A DNA stretch of 64,000 bases from Yuukianura sp. NJ FZ-2021. Lineage: Eukaryota. The stretch is taken from assembly GCA_046563655.1 (NCBI GenBank), contig JAJCTO010000010.1:744001-808000 (forward strand), read 5' to 3'. A model generated the notes under the pieces. That model ran no database searches and was not told the DNA's origin. It worked only from the letters and a program-made list of their open reading frames with translations. Position numbers and translations under genes: made by a program. Below are positions 34,401-48,000 of the stretch, piece after piece. Numbering within the stretch: position 1 is the stretch's first letter; each line of letters opens with the position of its first letter.

Positions 34401-35643
34401 AAGAGCTTCAATTTCGTTTCCAAGACTGACATACTTCCTTCGCTGCGCACCATCATTTCTTGAAGAAGACCTACTGAAGGACTACGATGATTCTCTTCGT
34501 AAAGTTTTGGAAAAAATTCTCAACATAAGCCTTTCTGAAAATGCCTGGATTCAAACATCTCTGCCGGTGGCACAAGGGGGTTTGGGAATCCGCCAAGCTA
34601 ACGATTGCGCTACGCTCTGTTTTTTGGCTTCAATCTTTAGCTGCGCAGACCTAATCACCTCCTTCCTACCTGGTAACCTATCACCTTTCGATGCATCGTA
34701 CGACTTGGCAACTTTCAAATGGTCCAACGACGATTTTGATTTTCCATCTAATCACAAAGTTCAGAAGGAATGGGAGATATTAAAGTCATCGAAAATTTAC
34801 ACCAGTCTGCTGAACAACTCCACCACTTTGACTGACAAAGCAAGACTAATTGCTGCCGCTTCTGCTCATTCCGGTGATTGGCTGAAGGCCCTACCCTCTT
34901 CACAACTGGGGACTCTTCTATCCAACGAATGCTTCAGAATTTCGTGCTCCTTGCGTCTTGGCACCAACTTATGTCTACCCCACAAATGTCGCTGTGGTGC
35001 AACTGTTAACGAAGACGGTCTTCACGGGCTGAGTTGTCCGAAAAGTGCAGGAAGACACTCAAGACATGGTTCAATCAACGATATTATTGCTCGAGCCTTT
35101 CAAACAGCCGGAGTCCCTAGCCTGAAAGAACCTCCAGGTTGTTCTCGTTGGGATGGAAAACGCTCCGACGGCATCACTTTGATACCTTGGAATACTGGAC
35201 GTTGTTTGGTGTGGGACGTCACTTGCCGAGACACTTATGCCAACTCGTACCTCTCCATTTCCTCTTCTTCAAGTGGCTATCCTGCCGCTTTGGCTGAAAT
35301 CCAGAAACACAAAGTGTATCAAGACCTAAATCATCAATTCATCGTCTCCATCATTGCTGTTGAAACTTCGGGGGTCTTCGGAGCCGAAGGACTAATTCTC
35401 ATCAAGTCAATTGGTCAACGTCTTGCCGAGGTCACCGGTGAACTCCGATCCACCAACTTTTTGCTTCAACGGATTAGCATCGCCATTCAACGTGGCAACT
35501 CCGCATCAATTCTTGGCACTCTTCCCCCGGGGAAAGGATTGGACGAAATTTTTTACCTCTAACTTTTCTCAATATATACTCTAAACCTTTTCAACCTGCC
35601 CTAGGCAGGTGTTTGTGAATTTTATAATAAAATATAAAATAAG
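31423..35643 (+). mobile_element. CRE-clade-like non-LTR retrotransposon, copy 2 (tandem, near-identical)
   Basis: Period 4352 bp relative to copy 1; RT-RLE ORF 33112-35562 complete through LLQRISIAIQRGNSASI. Confidence 0.9.
33112..35562 (+). CDS. Reverse transcriptase plus RLE endonuclease
   Basis: Same RT motifs as copy 1; intact C-terminus AVETSG...QRGN. Confidence 0.9.
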   Translation: MSPSSALNVSTLILETSSTPQSNSAIQSHIIQSKLADGDIHGAVRILCSDDSMANEDSSTLDALERLHPPHPVALQFPDRQQSSEVVFDELELLKSISSFPNGSAGGLDSLRPQVLKELTSKITGDSGQKLLSSITKLANLIINNTIPEVIRPIFYGASLIALQKKKGGIRPIAIGLTWRRIASKLVLSRSMKDIVSYLSPVQIGVGVNNGSEAAGHAARIYVNSPHSSSKVMLKIDFKNAFNLIRRDKMLDSVKSLIPDFYNFIHQAYSSDSNLFYGSSKIKSSLGVQQGDPIGPALFAITIQPLATAIQSEFNVWYLDDATIADKPETVLKYLQHITTNASSFGLQLNTQKCEIIVIGGDEMESRAITSSFLSFAPDIRVCNEEDAELLGAPLSKASGRRILKIKTDDFDRLSSKLLALPAHVAFFLLRASISFPRLTYFLRCAPSFLEEDLLKDYDDSLRKVLEKILNISLSENAWIQTSLPVAQGGLGIRQANDCATLCFLASIFSCADLITSFLPGNLSPFDASYDLATFKWSNDDFDFPSNHKVQKEWEILKSSKIYTSLLNNSTTLTDKARLIAAASAHSGDWLKALPSSQLGTLLSNECFRISCSLRLGTNLCLPHKCRCGATVNEDGLHGLSCPKSAGRHSRHGSINDIIARAFQTAGVPSLKEPPGCSRWDGKRSDGITLIPWNTGRCLVWDVTCRDTYANSYLSISSSSSGYPAALAEIQKHKVYQDLNHQFIVSIIAVETSGVFGAEGLILIKSIGQRLAEVTGELRSTNFLLQRISIAIQRGNSASILGTLPPGKGLDEIFYL

Positions 35644-36109
35644 AATTTTAAAGAGAGCAACAACTGTTCACAGCTCAGGTTGTACAACATTTTGATGCAA
35701 ACGGTTTTTCTAAACATTATTTTGATGCAGCTATATTAACGATGTTTGCTAATATTATATTGTCATGGCAACATGAGCAACGCAGTTGGAGGTTGTTTAG
35801 TAAGTTGTTTATTGCTATCAATTATTTTTAAGAAATTTTGTCATTTTGAATTTCTAATTTCAACTACTCAACCTCGACCTTCAATTTTGTTCGAATACAG
35901 TCTACTCTTAAAGATAACTTTGACAATTCTTTGACTCTCATTCAAGTGTATAATTTATAGCTTAATTCTCAGTATTCAATTCTATTTTTGAGTGCATAAT
36001 TTGAAGTTTAGTAAAATTTTATTTATTATCTTCGGGTAAGAATGTTTTTTAATCTCATGGTCTCAAAGTATGCTCAATTACATTTCACTTCATTATTTCA
36101 GATAGAATT

Positions 36110-39100
36110 ATGTCAAATCAACAGCAGCGTGCTAGGGCAAGGAACCGTTTGCAGTTATTTCGGGAGAATGAATCTAGGCGGCAAGGAGAACAGGATAATA
36201 ATACTACATCACGTCGCTTAGCTCGCGACAACGGAGATTATCGCGAAGTTGAACAAGTTCGTAACTCCGTTGCTCATCGAAATGCTAGACTGGATGATGA
36301 CCGCCGTCGGCAAGAACAAGCTCGTGATTCCGAGGCTCATCGCAACGTTCGTGCTCAGTTTCAAGATCGAAGCTGGGAGTCCGTCGTTGAGTTGTTTGAA
36401 GCTAGCTGCAGAGAAGGTCCCTCGAATACTTGTCTCTGCTGCGGTGGTCTGTGGTTTAAGAAATCAATTAAGCACCTACAACGCTCAGATTGTGCTCAAT
36501 GCGATGAAAACTTTTTGAACATTGTCTTTTCTAATAATGAACTGGAAGGAGACTTTTGTATCACATGTTATGCGGCGGTGAAATCTGGTCGTAACTCTCG
36601 ACTGGGTTTAACCAATGGTCTCCAGTTCCCGGCCGTACCACCTGAAGTAGCGTCTTTGACACGGTTGGAAGCCAGATTAGCGTCGCCCTACCATGTCTTT
36701 CAAGCGATTTGGGCTGTGCAAGGACCACAAGGTATACATTTTGATTCTTCAAAAATTAGCTCACAATTTGATTCGTTTGGCTAATAACAATATTTGTAGG
36801 TCAATTGAAGACGAAGGGACGGATTGTGAATGTTCCAGTTTCCGTGACAAATATTGTTCAAAGTCTGCCTCGCCTCCCTTCAGACGATTCAGTCCTGCAT
36901 CTTCGGCTGGCCCGTCAGATGCATGTTGAGAAGAATTATACTTCCGGAAACATCCGTCCAGAAAAAGTTCTTCAAGCCGCTGAAGTTCTCTGCCAATCTC
37001 CGTTGTACACCCAACATGGTGTGAAAGTCTCCCATTCCTGGCTGGCGGATTCTCGTCGAGAATTGACTTCAGTGGACTCTAGCCTGGAGAGTCGGCTCGA
37101 AAACTCTCTTATTCTCTCGAGCGAAGTACAGCCGGGAGGAGAATTTGAAGAATCCACCACAAATGAAACTCTGCTGACCGATAGCGCTGGACTTCGGATG
37201 GCCCCTGCAGAGGGAAATCGCCCCGTTTCTGTTCTCCTTGACGAAGATTCTGTATTCCTAGCTTTTCCTCAGTTGTTCGCCGGACACAAGATGAATCCCA
37301 TTTTTGCTGGGAAGAAAGTGTCACGTGCTGACATGTTCAAGTCTTTTGCTAGGAATAAGGATCGGCGTGCGGCTGAATCCGTGGATTTTCTTTTATTCAT
37401 GGCGAAGACATTGGAAATCTCGCGAATAGCAAGCAACAGAAACATACACCTTAGGAAGCGAAGACTTAACGGAGAGCTCATTGTTCCCACAGCCGGCCAA
37501 GTCTTACACCAGACTTACGTCGATGGACTCATCAGAGACGATAATGCTTACAAAGTTCTGGCAGGCATCAGAAACGCAGGCACTCACTGGAAAAACGAGG
37601 GAAACAAAGTTCGTGCCATGATTCGAACCTTTGGAATTGCTACATTGTTCGTGACCGTCAGTGCTGCAGAGCTGAAATGGAATGAGCTGGTTGTTTTGTT
37701 GAAAAAAATTTTGGATGGCGTCGAAATTTCAGAACAGGAAGCACAAGAGTTACCGAACTCTGAAAAGGCACTGCTGATTCAGCGAGATCCAATCACATGT
37801 GCGCGGTACTTCGACCACCGTTACTCCGCGCTGAAAGCAACTTACCGCTCAAAAAACGGGCCATTTGGTGCCCATGAAATACTTCATTTCTACGAAAGAG
37901 TAGAGTTCCAGCACCGAGGAAGCCCGCATGTGCATGCGATGTTTTGGCTCTCCGATGCTCCAGTTTTCAATCCTGAGAACGACACACACGACGAAGTCAT
38001 CGATTTCATTGACAGAATGATAACTTGCAGTACAAGCTACCCTGACGATGATCCAATCACTGGTTTACTATCGCTCCAAACTCATCGGCACACACATACG
38101 TGCTACAAGCGAACACACAAGGGAGTCCAATGTCGTTTTGGAATACCGTTCTTCCCGATGGATAAAACTCGGATCCTTATACCTTTGGAAGACCCGGCAG
38201 ACTCCAAGGAGCTCAAGCTACAGCACAAATCGATTCGTGAATTTTTGGAAGCTCAAATCCCGAACGCGGGAATGTCATTTGAAGAATTCCTAGGTGCCAT
38301 AACTTGCGATCTACCTCTCTATTTACGCGTGATACAAGTTAAACTAAAGAAGCCTCATGTGTTTTTGAAACGTAAACCGAGCCAAATCTATATCAACGCC
38401 TACAACGAGAAGATTTTGCGACTGCAAAAGTCCAATATGGATATTCAATATATACTTGATCCATACGAATGTTGTAGCTATATTGTTGACTACATAAACA
38501 AAAGCAATCGAGGTCTTTCGGAACTCTTGAGGAATGTTGTGGACGAAGTGCGGAAAGGAAACAAACCGCTGAAAGACAGCCTGCAAGCAATTGGGGCAGC
38601 TCACAACCTAAACAGCGAATTATCCGCACAAGAAGCCGCTTACAATGTTTTACAGCTGCCAATGAGCTACTCTTCGGAGAAGTGTGTCTTTGTTCAGACT
38701 GGTCCTGCCAGCCATCGTACAAGAATGTTGAAGTCTCAGGCGGATCTATCGCAATTGGAAGCCGAAGACCGGAACATCTTCTTTAACAGTTCAACTGATC
38801 ACTACGCTCAACGCCCAATTGCATTGGAGTCCCTGAATCTAGCACAATTCTCGGCTTGGTTTGAGTATTCTAAAACTTTAAGGCGACCAATTGTTGAACC
38901 AGATGAGGAAAATGGGGCAACAGCTGAAGAAGAAACGGGAACTGAAGTTTATAAATTGCAGGACGGGTCTGGATATGTACGGAAGCGAAAATTTGCAAAG
39001 GTCATACGGTACGTGCGTTACAACAAAGAGAAAGATCCGGACAACTTCTTCAGAGAACTCCTGATGCTCTTCAAACCCTGGAGAGACGAGGAACAAGAGT

Positions 39101-41673
39101 GTGGCGAAGATATCGACTGTCATCGAATTGTAGCGGACAACATAGGCTTGATCACCAGAAATAGAAAAGAATTTAACTTTTTCGACGACGCTATACTTGA
39201 TGCTGCAATGGAGGAAGTCCTTGCGAGGCCGCCGGAAGATGTAGTTGACCTGGATGAGAATCAGCCTTCCTTGGAGGATCTACGTGAATATCGTCTAGAA
39301 GATGCATCTGGATCAAATTCAGTTGACTTTGGCTCCTACGAAAGACGCCCATTTGCGGAAAGCTTCAAGAATCCACAACTGGCATCCAATGAGGAGTACT
39401 GGGCGCTACTCGCCTCGTTGAATGACGAGCAGCGAGATTTGGTGTATCATATATTTGACCAAGTCAAGAGACATAGCACTACTCCTTTCCAGATTTACTT
39501 GAAGGGAGGAGCCGGTGTCGGGAAGTCCCATGTCATCAAAACACTGCACCAAGGATTACTTAGAATTTTTAACTCCGATGTACATCATAATCCTGAGAAA
39601 GTTTCTGTACTTCTGGTGGCTCCAACAGGAAAGGCGGCATTCAACATCGGAGGCTCGACGCTTCACACAGCCTTTCAGCTGCCGGTGAACCAACGTGAGG
39701 CTGGATCACTTTCTGCAGACGTCTCTAACACTATGGCTACCACTTATTCAGAACTAAAGGTCTCGTTTTGTTTTTTATAATTTGTATTACTAACTGATAG
39801 TAATTGTACTTTATCATTTTCAGATCGTGATCTGCGATGAGATCAGTATGGTGGGTGAACACCTTTTGGAGCAGGTCGACAAGCGCTTGAGAGATTTATT
39901 CAATCAAACCGCACCTTTCGGGGAAATCTCCTTCATAGCCGTTGGGGACTTTTATCAGCTACCACCAGTTCTGGCCGTCCCGTTGACTCACGGAACAATG
40001 AGCAACTCCATCTCCTTATTATTCTGTCGTCCGCTTTGGCATCATTTTCTTGTTCATGAGTTAACGACAATCATGCGCCAAAGTGAGGATGTCGCCTTTG
40101 CTGTGGCTCTCAACAATATGGCAAGGGGAATAATGACTGAAGAAGACAAGGCGTTAATGCGGACTCGTTGCTTTGACACTTTGCCCTCGGAGGTGGCTGA
40201 GCTGAGACCAATTCATTTCTTCCAGACCAACGCTGCCGTTAACGCATTCAACGACATGTACCTTCAGCAGATGGCGGGAGAACTGATTCTTAGTAGAGCT
40301 GCCGACTGTGTTCGAGGAGATGTCCCTCAATCGTCGAAACTTCGGCTACTACAACGGTTTCAAACAAAGCCTTTGAATGAGACGATGGGACTTGCACTCG
40401 AGCTACAACTCAAAATTAACGCTCGTTATATGATGACCAACAACGTCGATTGTGCTGACGGATTAGTGAATGGGGTAACTGGAATATTACGCAGAATCGA
40501 TCTTGGCGTTGCGATAAACGACCCAACCGACCGCATTCCAATGCGACTGTGGCTGGAGTTCGAAGATACTAGAAGTGGTCAACAATTGCGCCGCCGGTAC
40601 GAGTCAATTGTAGAAAATTTGGGCATAGAAACGAGTTGGACTCCAGTAGAACTGCTTACACAAGAGATACACCAAAAAAATGCCAGCATCAAGATTACAA
40701 GAAAACAGTTTCCACTTGTTCCTGCAGAAGCAATCACCATTCATAAGAGCCAAGGAATCACGTGTCAAGCGTAAGTTTATTGAACTGCAACTATATAAAC
40801 TATACCTTAAACTTCAAATTCAAAATTTGCAGAGCTGTGCTACATCTCAACCATACCCATCATATATCACGCGCATTGATCTACGTTGGATGCTCCAGAC
40901 CAACCAAAGCTAGTGGCCTTTACATCGTGGGGGATTTCCGAGCTCCTAAACCTATTCCACCTACAAGCCCACTTGCTTTGGAAATGGCCCGCCATGAAAC
41001 GATGAAGCTTTTACCAGTATTTCGATCACTCCGCCAGCGAGAAGACGGTTTAATTCAGTTTCTGTACCACAACGTCCAATCACTTCCTAAGCACTCAGCT
41101 CTTTATTCGAATGATGCAGCTTTCAAATTCTCCGACATTCTTCTATTTGTGGAGACCTGGACCTTAGCGAACGACAAGTTTAAGATTGGTGACCACATCG
41201 AAGTATGTAGCGTTGATTGCGCGCCTCCACGACGACCCATAGGCGCAAGAATCTACTTACGACAGCATTTGGCACATCGCGTTCTGAGTACAACAACTAA
41301 ATATGTTGAAGGGAACAGTGGAAGTTGCAGCTGTGTTGGATTGAATTTTTCTGGAACAAGCGTTATTGGAATCTACATTAGCCCCAGCTTTCCTTGGACT
41401 TCCTTTGTGTCAACACTTTTATCTGCAATCACCTCTCTGGGTGGATCAAGGACTATTGTGGCCGGAGACTTCAACTGCAATTTCAAACTAACTGCTTCAG
41501 TTGAACTGAGATCGATGCTTGATCTTGGACTAGAACTACAATCTCCTGAACTTCCAACAACAAAATTCGGGACAAAAATCGACGCAGTTTTTGCTTCATT
41601 TCAATTGGATAAAATTGGATTATACACCTCCGCAACATCAATCCACGAACCTATTTGGGGGAGGTTCTCTTAA
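36110..41673 (+). CDS. Helentron Rep (HUH-Y2) - Pif1 helicase - AP endonuclease; 4 exons (36110-36731, 36800-39759, 39824-40770, 40833-41673)
   Basis: VEFQHRGSPHVH and YIVDYINK Rep motifs; GGAGVGKS, DEISM, GDFYQLPPV, TIHKSQG helicase motifs; HNVQSL, ETW, GDFN, ID endonuclease motifs. All three GT-AG introns keep the frame. Confidence 0.92.
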
Positions 41674-42034
41674 TATGTAATTCAGTAAACAGTCGGTTTT
41701 CTCATCTTCATCACAGTGAAACGAATCAAACAAATTATACAAGCTTAAATAGTAAAGCAATTTCTATATTCACTTTATACTATAATTTATACTTTCTACT
41801 AAATATTCAACACATTATACTGTAATAAAAGATTTGGTCAAACTTCAACACGTTTGCTAATGTAAACCTAAGAAAATTTTTTAAGGAATCAACCTTTTCC
41901 GATTTAATACAGTAGGTAATTTGTAGAAAAATTTATGATCAAGTTTCACTTTAGTTGTATTTATTAGTTTTATTTGTTTTGTTCTTGTAAATTAATCACT
42001 TTGTATGAGAATTGATTCATTGATTTTTTTACTA

Positions 42035-45000
42035 TTATAATAGTCGATTCAGCGTATCTGCCTCAGCAGCTTCAAACCACTCTGACAATTCCTTGGCCAT
42101 GCTGTGATCCCTTCCTACTAAGATCAAATCCCCGGGGTTGCATTCAATCGAGTTGACGCCGTTGTAACTTGAGATCTTCATCAGCTTAAACAGAATTACT
42201 TCAAAGGGAGTGATTTCGTTCATTTCCGCCAATTGGTTCCACAATTTGGCACTGAATTTCCCGGTCTTGTCCACCAGAGTGATTTGTCGAAGCTTACAGG
42301 TGGGAAACTGCCGAATCTCACCAACATCAATCACGAGTCCAGCCATATCGACAAATTGGCCATCGGACATCAACTTGAGATCTTCTGAGTCGATCGGAGT
42401 TAGTTTTACTTCATGCCTCTCTCCTTTGGGCTCGGTAATAGAGGTGGCGTCAGTACTGCTTGCATCAAATGATGCATTCGTCCATTTGTTTCGATTATCC
42501 TTTGGCCGAAGAAGAAAGCCTTCTACTCTGACGAAAGAGTTGACCTGAAATTGGTTATTAAATAACTTTTAATATATTTGAAAATAATAATTATCTAATT
42601 GTTGTGGCTTTTACCACATAGATTTAGAATAACAAATGTACGACATAGACTTTTAGAATAGCATCTACTTTGTAGCCTAAAAATAGGAAGAGTGTTGACT
42701 TTTTGCCTTAGGATATAAGTAGCATCTAACGGTCAACAAAAAGGAAGAATCAACACAACAAGAATAGCATTAGTATAGGAATACAAGTCATAGTCTTTAC
42801 TTACACTTCAATTCATTCATTAAGTCAGATTTTAACTTCGCACTTTTTCAATTCGCAACTTCTCACGATTAAGTTTAAATTAGTAATTAATAAAATCAAA
42901 GTCATAAAATCAATTCAATTGCTCTCCCTTACTGATCGTTTGCTACATATCGCAACATTTTATGGTGCCGAAAGCCGGGACCTTGAGCGGATTCATCGGG
43001 AGACTACATACAACATCAACCGGCGACTTTCGTTTTAAGGTCAAGGTCATTTTAACACTTCCGTTTGGTCAATTGTGTTCGTAGTTTTTCAGACATGGCA
43101 GCAACTAAAACAAGTTTAGCAGATCTTCTGAAACTACGTCAGAGTTTGGGCCAACAGATCCTTATGCACAACAGGGTCATCGCACTATACAATGAGCAAA
43201 CACCAAATCCAACAATCAAAACTGCAGAAAAGGAACTGATCAGAGTCAGGAATGACCTCGACACTCTACACAACAAAATCATCATCGCTACAATTCACGA
43301 TGAAGATATTGAAGATCATTCCAAGACCTACATCGAATTCGTCACAATAATTGGAACAATGAATGAAAAGCTGATGTCAATTCAGCCAGTACCAACTCCA
43401 TCATCATTACCTGGTCCATCAGTTCCTTCAACTTCTGCGCAGTCACATCACCACAATGTCCACTCTTACTTTCCAAAGATGTCCTTACCAACTTTCGACG
43501 GAAAGTATGAAGACTGGCTGACTTTTCGCGATTTATTTCGCAGTACAGTCATCAACAATACCACCTTACCCAACAGTGTCAAGTTCTGGTACTTACACTC
43601 CGCTCTCAAGGGTGAAGCTGCTACTGTCATCAAGGGCACTCCCATCACTGATGACAACTTCCAAGGAGCATGGCAGCTGATGGAGGAACGGTACCATAAC
43701 CGAAGAGAACTCATCTTTACACTAATTGAAAAACTTGTCAATTTCCCAAAACTGAAACATGAAAATTCAACTCAGTTGAGGAAACTGATTGATTGTTTCA
43801 AGGAGTCTCTCACACAGTTAGAGACCCTCAACGAACCAACAGAACACTGGGATTTCATCATCGTCTATCTTCTAAAAGAAAAGATGGATCCAGACTGCCG
43901 CCGTGACTGGAGCAAGCAACTAAAGGGCTCAGAGGTTCCGAGCTTTTCCGATACAAAGGAATTTCTGGAAAATTACATCCGAGGACTCAAATCCAATGGT
44001 TCATCAGCGTCCTCTGGATCTTCTGGCCAAAGCAAGGCTCACTCCAGTTTCACCGAAAGCAAGTCAAATGAACAAAAACATAAGTTCACTTGTCCACAGT
44101 GCCAAGGTGAACATGGCTTGTTCAAATGTGAAAAGTGGCTCCAATTGTCAGTAAAAGACAGATTCAATTTTGTAAAGATGAAAAGTTTGTGCACAAACTG
44201 TCTCAGTTCCAAGCATAATGTAGGAAAGTGCCAGTCCAAGTACAGATGCCGGACATGTCAAGAGCCACACAACACTCTACTTCATTTTGACACGGCTAAG
44301 GCTCACTCTACGTCACAACAGAATGATGTGGAGACTTCAACATTGGCAAATCATTGCTCCACCTCCAAAGTACTGTTAAGTACTGCCGTTGTCAAACTGA
44401 TCGACTCAGCAGGCGAATTCCAAGAATGTCGTATCCTGTTGGATCAGGGGTCAGAATCCAATTTCATCTCTGATCGTTGTGTCAACAAACTTGGACTTGT
44501 GCGTAAGAAATCTAATGTAAACATTGTAGGAATTTCAGGTTCCAATGCTGGGAAGGCATTAGGTCAAGTCACATTTGACCTATGCTCACGCATCACAAAT
44601 TTCAAAATTCAAGTTAATGCACTGATTTTGCAAAGAGTCACAGGTTTTTTGCCCTCGTTCAAAATCAATCCGCAGAAGTGGACTCACCTCATGGGGATAC
44701 AATTGGCAGATCCCAATTACACAAATCCCAGAGACGTGGACATAATTCTCGGAGCTGAGTTCACCGCCTCCATCACACTCAGTGGCAAAATCATCGGTCC
44801 GCCTCAGACTCCAATTGCACAGGAGACAACATTTGGTTGGGTCATCTCAGGGCCAACGGGTACAACCAGTCAACCCACTGTTCACGTCAACCATGCCAGT
44901 GTTGACATTTTACAAAAATTCTGGGAACTGGAGGAACTACCGAAGCGACCGAATTACACAATCGAGGAGCAGTTTTGCGAGGACCATTTCGTCGCTACGC

Positions 45001-48000
45001 ACACTCGAAATGAGGAGGGAAGGTACGTCGTAAGGTTGCCACTTAATGAAAACATTTCCAAATTAGGTGACAGCCGCGACATCGCATTGCGCAGACTCCA
45101 GCAAGTGGAAAAGAGGCTACGACTAAATCCAATTCATCATCCAGAATACATCAAGTTCATGGATGACTATCAAAAATTGGGACACATGGAAGTAGCGACA
45201 GAGACGCAACTTCCACCCGGGTCAAAGGTCGTCTACCTCCCACACCACTTTGTTCTCAAGGAGTCCAGCACCACCACTAAACTCCGAGTCGTTTTTGACG
45301 GTTCGGCCAAGACATCAACTGACATTTCCCTTAACCAATGCCTTCAGGTGGGACCAACGGTACAAGGTGACATTTTTACCTTACTCCTACAGTTCCGTAA
45401 GTACCCAATTGCACTAAAGGGTGATGTAACCAAAATGTACCGACAATTTTTGGTACATAAAAATGACCAATGTTTACAATCGATTTTGTGGCGAAAGTCT
45501 CACCTTGACCCAATTCAGGAATTTAGGTTGAAGACAATCACCTATGGTACAGCCTCAGCTCCTTTCTCCGCAGTCAGATGCCTACGTCAACTTGCAATCG
45601 ATGACGGGGACAAATTCCCATTGGCTAGAAACGCACTTCTCAACGGAGGCATTCATTGCCACACTCAAGCGTTTTGTCTCCAGACGAGGATTGCCAGTCG
45701 CAATGTACAGTGACTGTGGCTCCAACTTCGTCGGAGCAGAGCGAGAGCTACGGGAATTGGTTCAAAACCAAAAATTCAACTCAGCAGTCACCGATTTTTT
45801 AGGTGATCGAGGTGTCCAGTGGCACTTCAACCCACCCTCTGCACCAAGTCAAGGAGGGTATTGGGAAGCTGGTGTCAAAAGCACCAAGTACCACCTACGT
45901 CGCATCATTGGTACCACTACGCTCACTTTAGAAGAGCTGTTCACTGTCCTCTGTCAGGTTGAGGCAGTGTTAAATTCTAGACCAATTTGTCCTCTGTCTC
46001 CAGATCCTAATGACTTGGAACCATTAACACCAGGTCATTTTCTTATTAATAATGCTCTTTGTGCTATTCCAGATCCTGACTTGACCAACCAAAAGGAGAA
46101 CAGACTCTCCAGGTGGCAAAGAACCACTCAAATGGTCCAGCACTTCTGGACTCGTTGGCACAAGGAGTACATTAACTCCCTTCAAGAAAAGAACAAGTGG
46201 AGGAGTCAAAACCGGAACATTGCAGTCGGTGACTTGGTCATCATCAAGGAAGATGACACTCCACAACTCAAATGGCGCATGGGCAGAGTTTTGGAAACGT
46301 TTCCTGGCCCAGACGGACTTGTTCGTGTCGTCAAACTGAAGACGAACAAGGACTCAGTCAAACGTCCAGTCTCAAAAGTCTGCGTTTTGCTGCCAGCAGA
46401 AGATCAAAACAGTGATGATCCTGCCATTTACCGCATGAAACGACAACTACCAAATTAGTCAATTCGCCAACCACCATTCGTACCACGTTTGTATCCCAAA
46501 TTTACTTTAACTGTACTTTAACTTTAATTTTAATCAAACATTAATTTTAGAGTAGTTAGTTCAATTTTCTCAATTTTCAAATCATAACTTAACTTTAATT
46601 TTAGCCTTTCAACAATTCAATTTTCAAAACAATTTTTAATTTTAGTTTACTTTTCATAGGTTAACTGAGAGACACATCATGCAGAGCCCGTTTTCAACTT
46701 TAAAATTCAATTTAGCACTCAAAAGTGCAATCTACATGCATTTTGGATCTGTGCCCTTCAATTCTCCTGCTGTCTGTCACCTTTCAACAAGGTCATGCAA
46801 ACGGCAAAATCCTGTCAGCTCCAGCAGGAGAGGGACTTAGTCCACCCCTCAGCCACCGATGTTGAAGGGCCCTTTCTTTCAAAACATTCCCCGCACAGAT
46901 CCTCAATTCATGTAGTTTTCATTTTCATTTTCATTTTTTGCAAAATTAGACTTAGGTCTAATTTGGGGCCTGGCATGTTGTGGCTTTTACCACATAGATT
47001 TAGAATAACAAATGTACGACATAGACTTTTAGAATAGCATCTACTTTGTAGCCTAAAAATAGGAAGAGTGTTGACTTTTTGCCTTAGGATATAAGTAGCA
47101 TCTAACGGTCAACAAAAAGCAAGAATCAACACAACAAGAATAGCATTAGTATAGGAATACAAGTCATAGTCTTTACTTACACTTCAATTCATTCATTAAG
47201 TCAGATTTTAACTTCGCACTTTTTCAATTCGCAACTTCTCACGATTAAGTTTGTAAGGATACGAATTTTCCAGTGGCCAATTATGGGCTACAAATCCGGC
47301 TCTAATCTGAAACCCGCCCTTTCCGTTCGCTATCCCTTACGTTTACTTGACGGGCCCTTAGTAGTTTCACCTTAAGAAAGGGTTTCTTCTTTCTTAAGGG
47401 CCGATAGAAGGCACTTCACACTCCAGAAGGGTCAACAACCTGAGAATTTGCCCGTAGATTCGGCCTCTCTCCTCGCAGTAGTGACCTTGACCTCTGACCT
47501 TTGACTTTCGACTCCGACAGAGAAAATGACAACTCGATTCGTGAAACCGTTAACCAATCAGAAAGCTCTCCAGTTAATCAATCTTAATTGCTAATTGACT
47601 TTAACTCCAAAACTCCAATTAATGACTCGTTAATTTGAATTGAATTTGAAATGATTGAAAGAAATTGAGAAATTCCAGACGTCAGCTGATTCGAAGATAA
47701 ATAAACGTAAACACGAATGACCTTTGACCCAATTGAGTGTGTGAGCAAAACAGAGTTCAAATACCAGAGACAATCCTAATTAGAAAACCCGCGTACGCGT
47801 GCGTAGCGTTAATTGATTGAATTAATTGGGAAAAATCGATAAAAACTGAATTAAACTGAGAAAAACTGATTTGAAACCGATTTAAATTGATGGAAAACTG
47901 ATTTAAAACAATTTACAAGTTAATGCGCGTTGAATGAAACAAAAAGGAAATTGATTTACGCGCAGTTCCCGTCACTGAAGGTGAACAAAAGAACAGAAAA

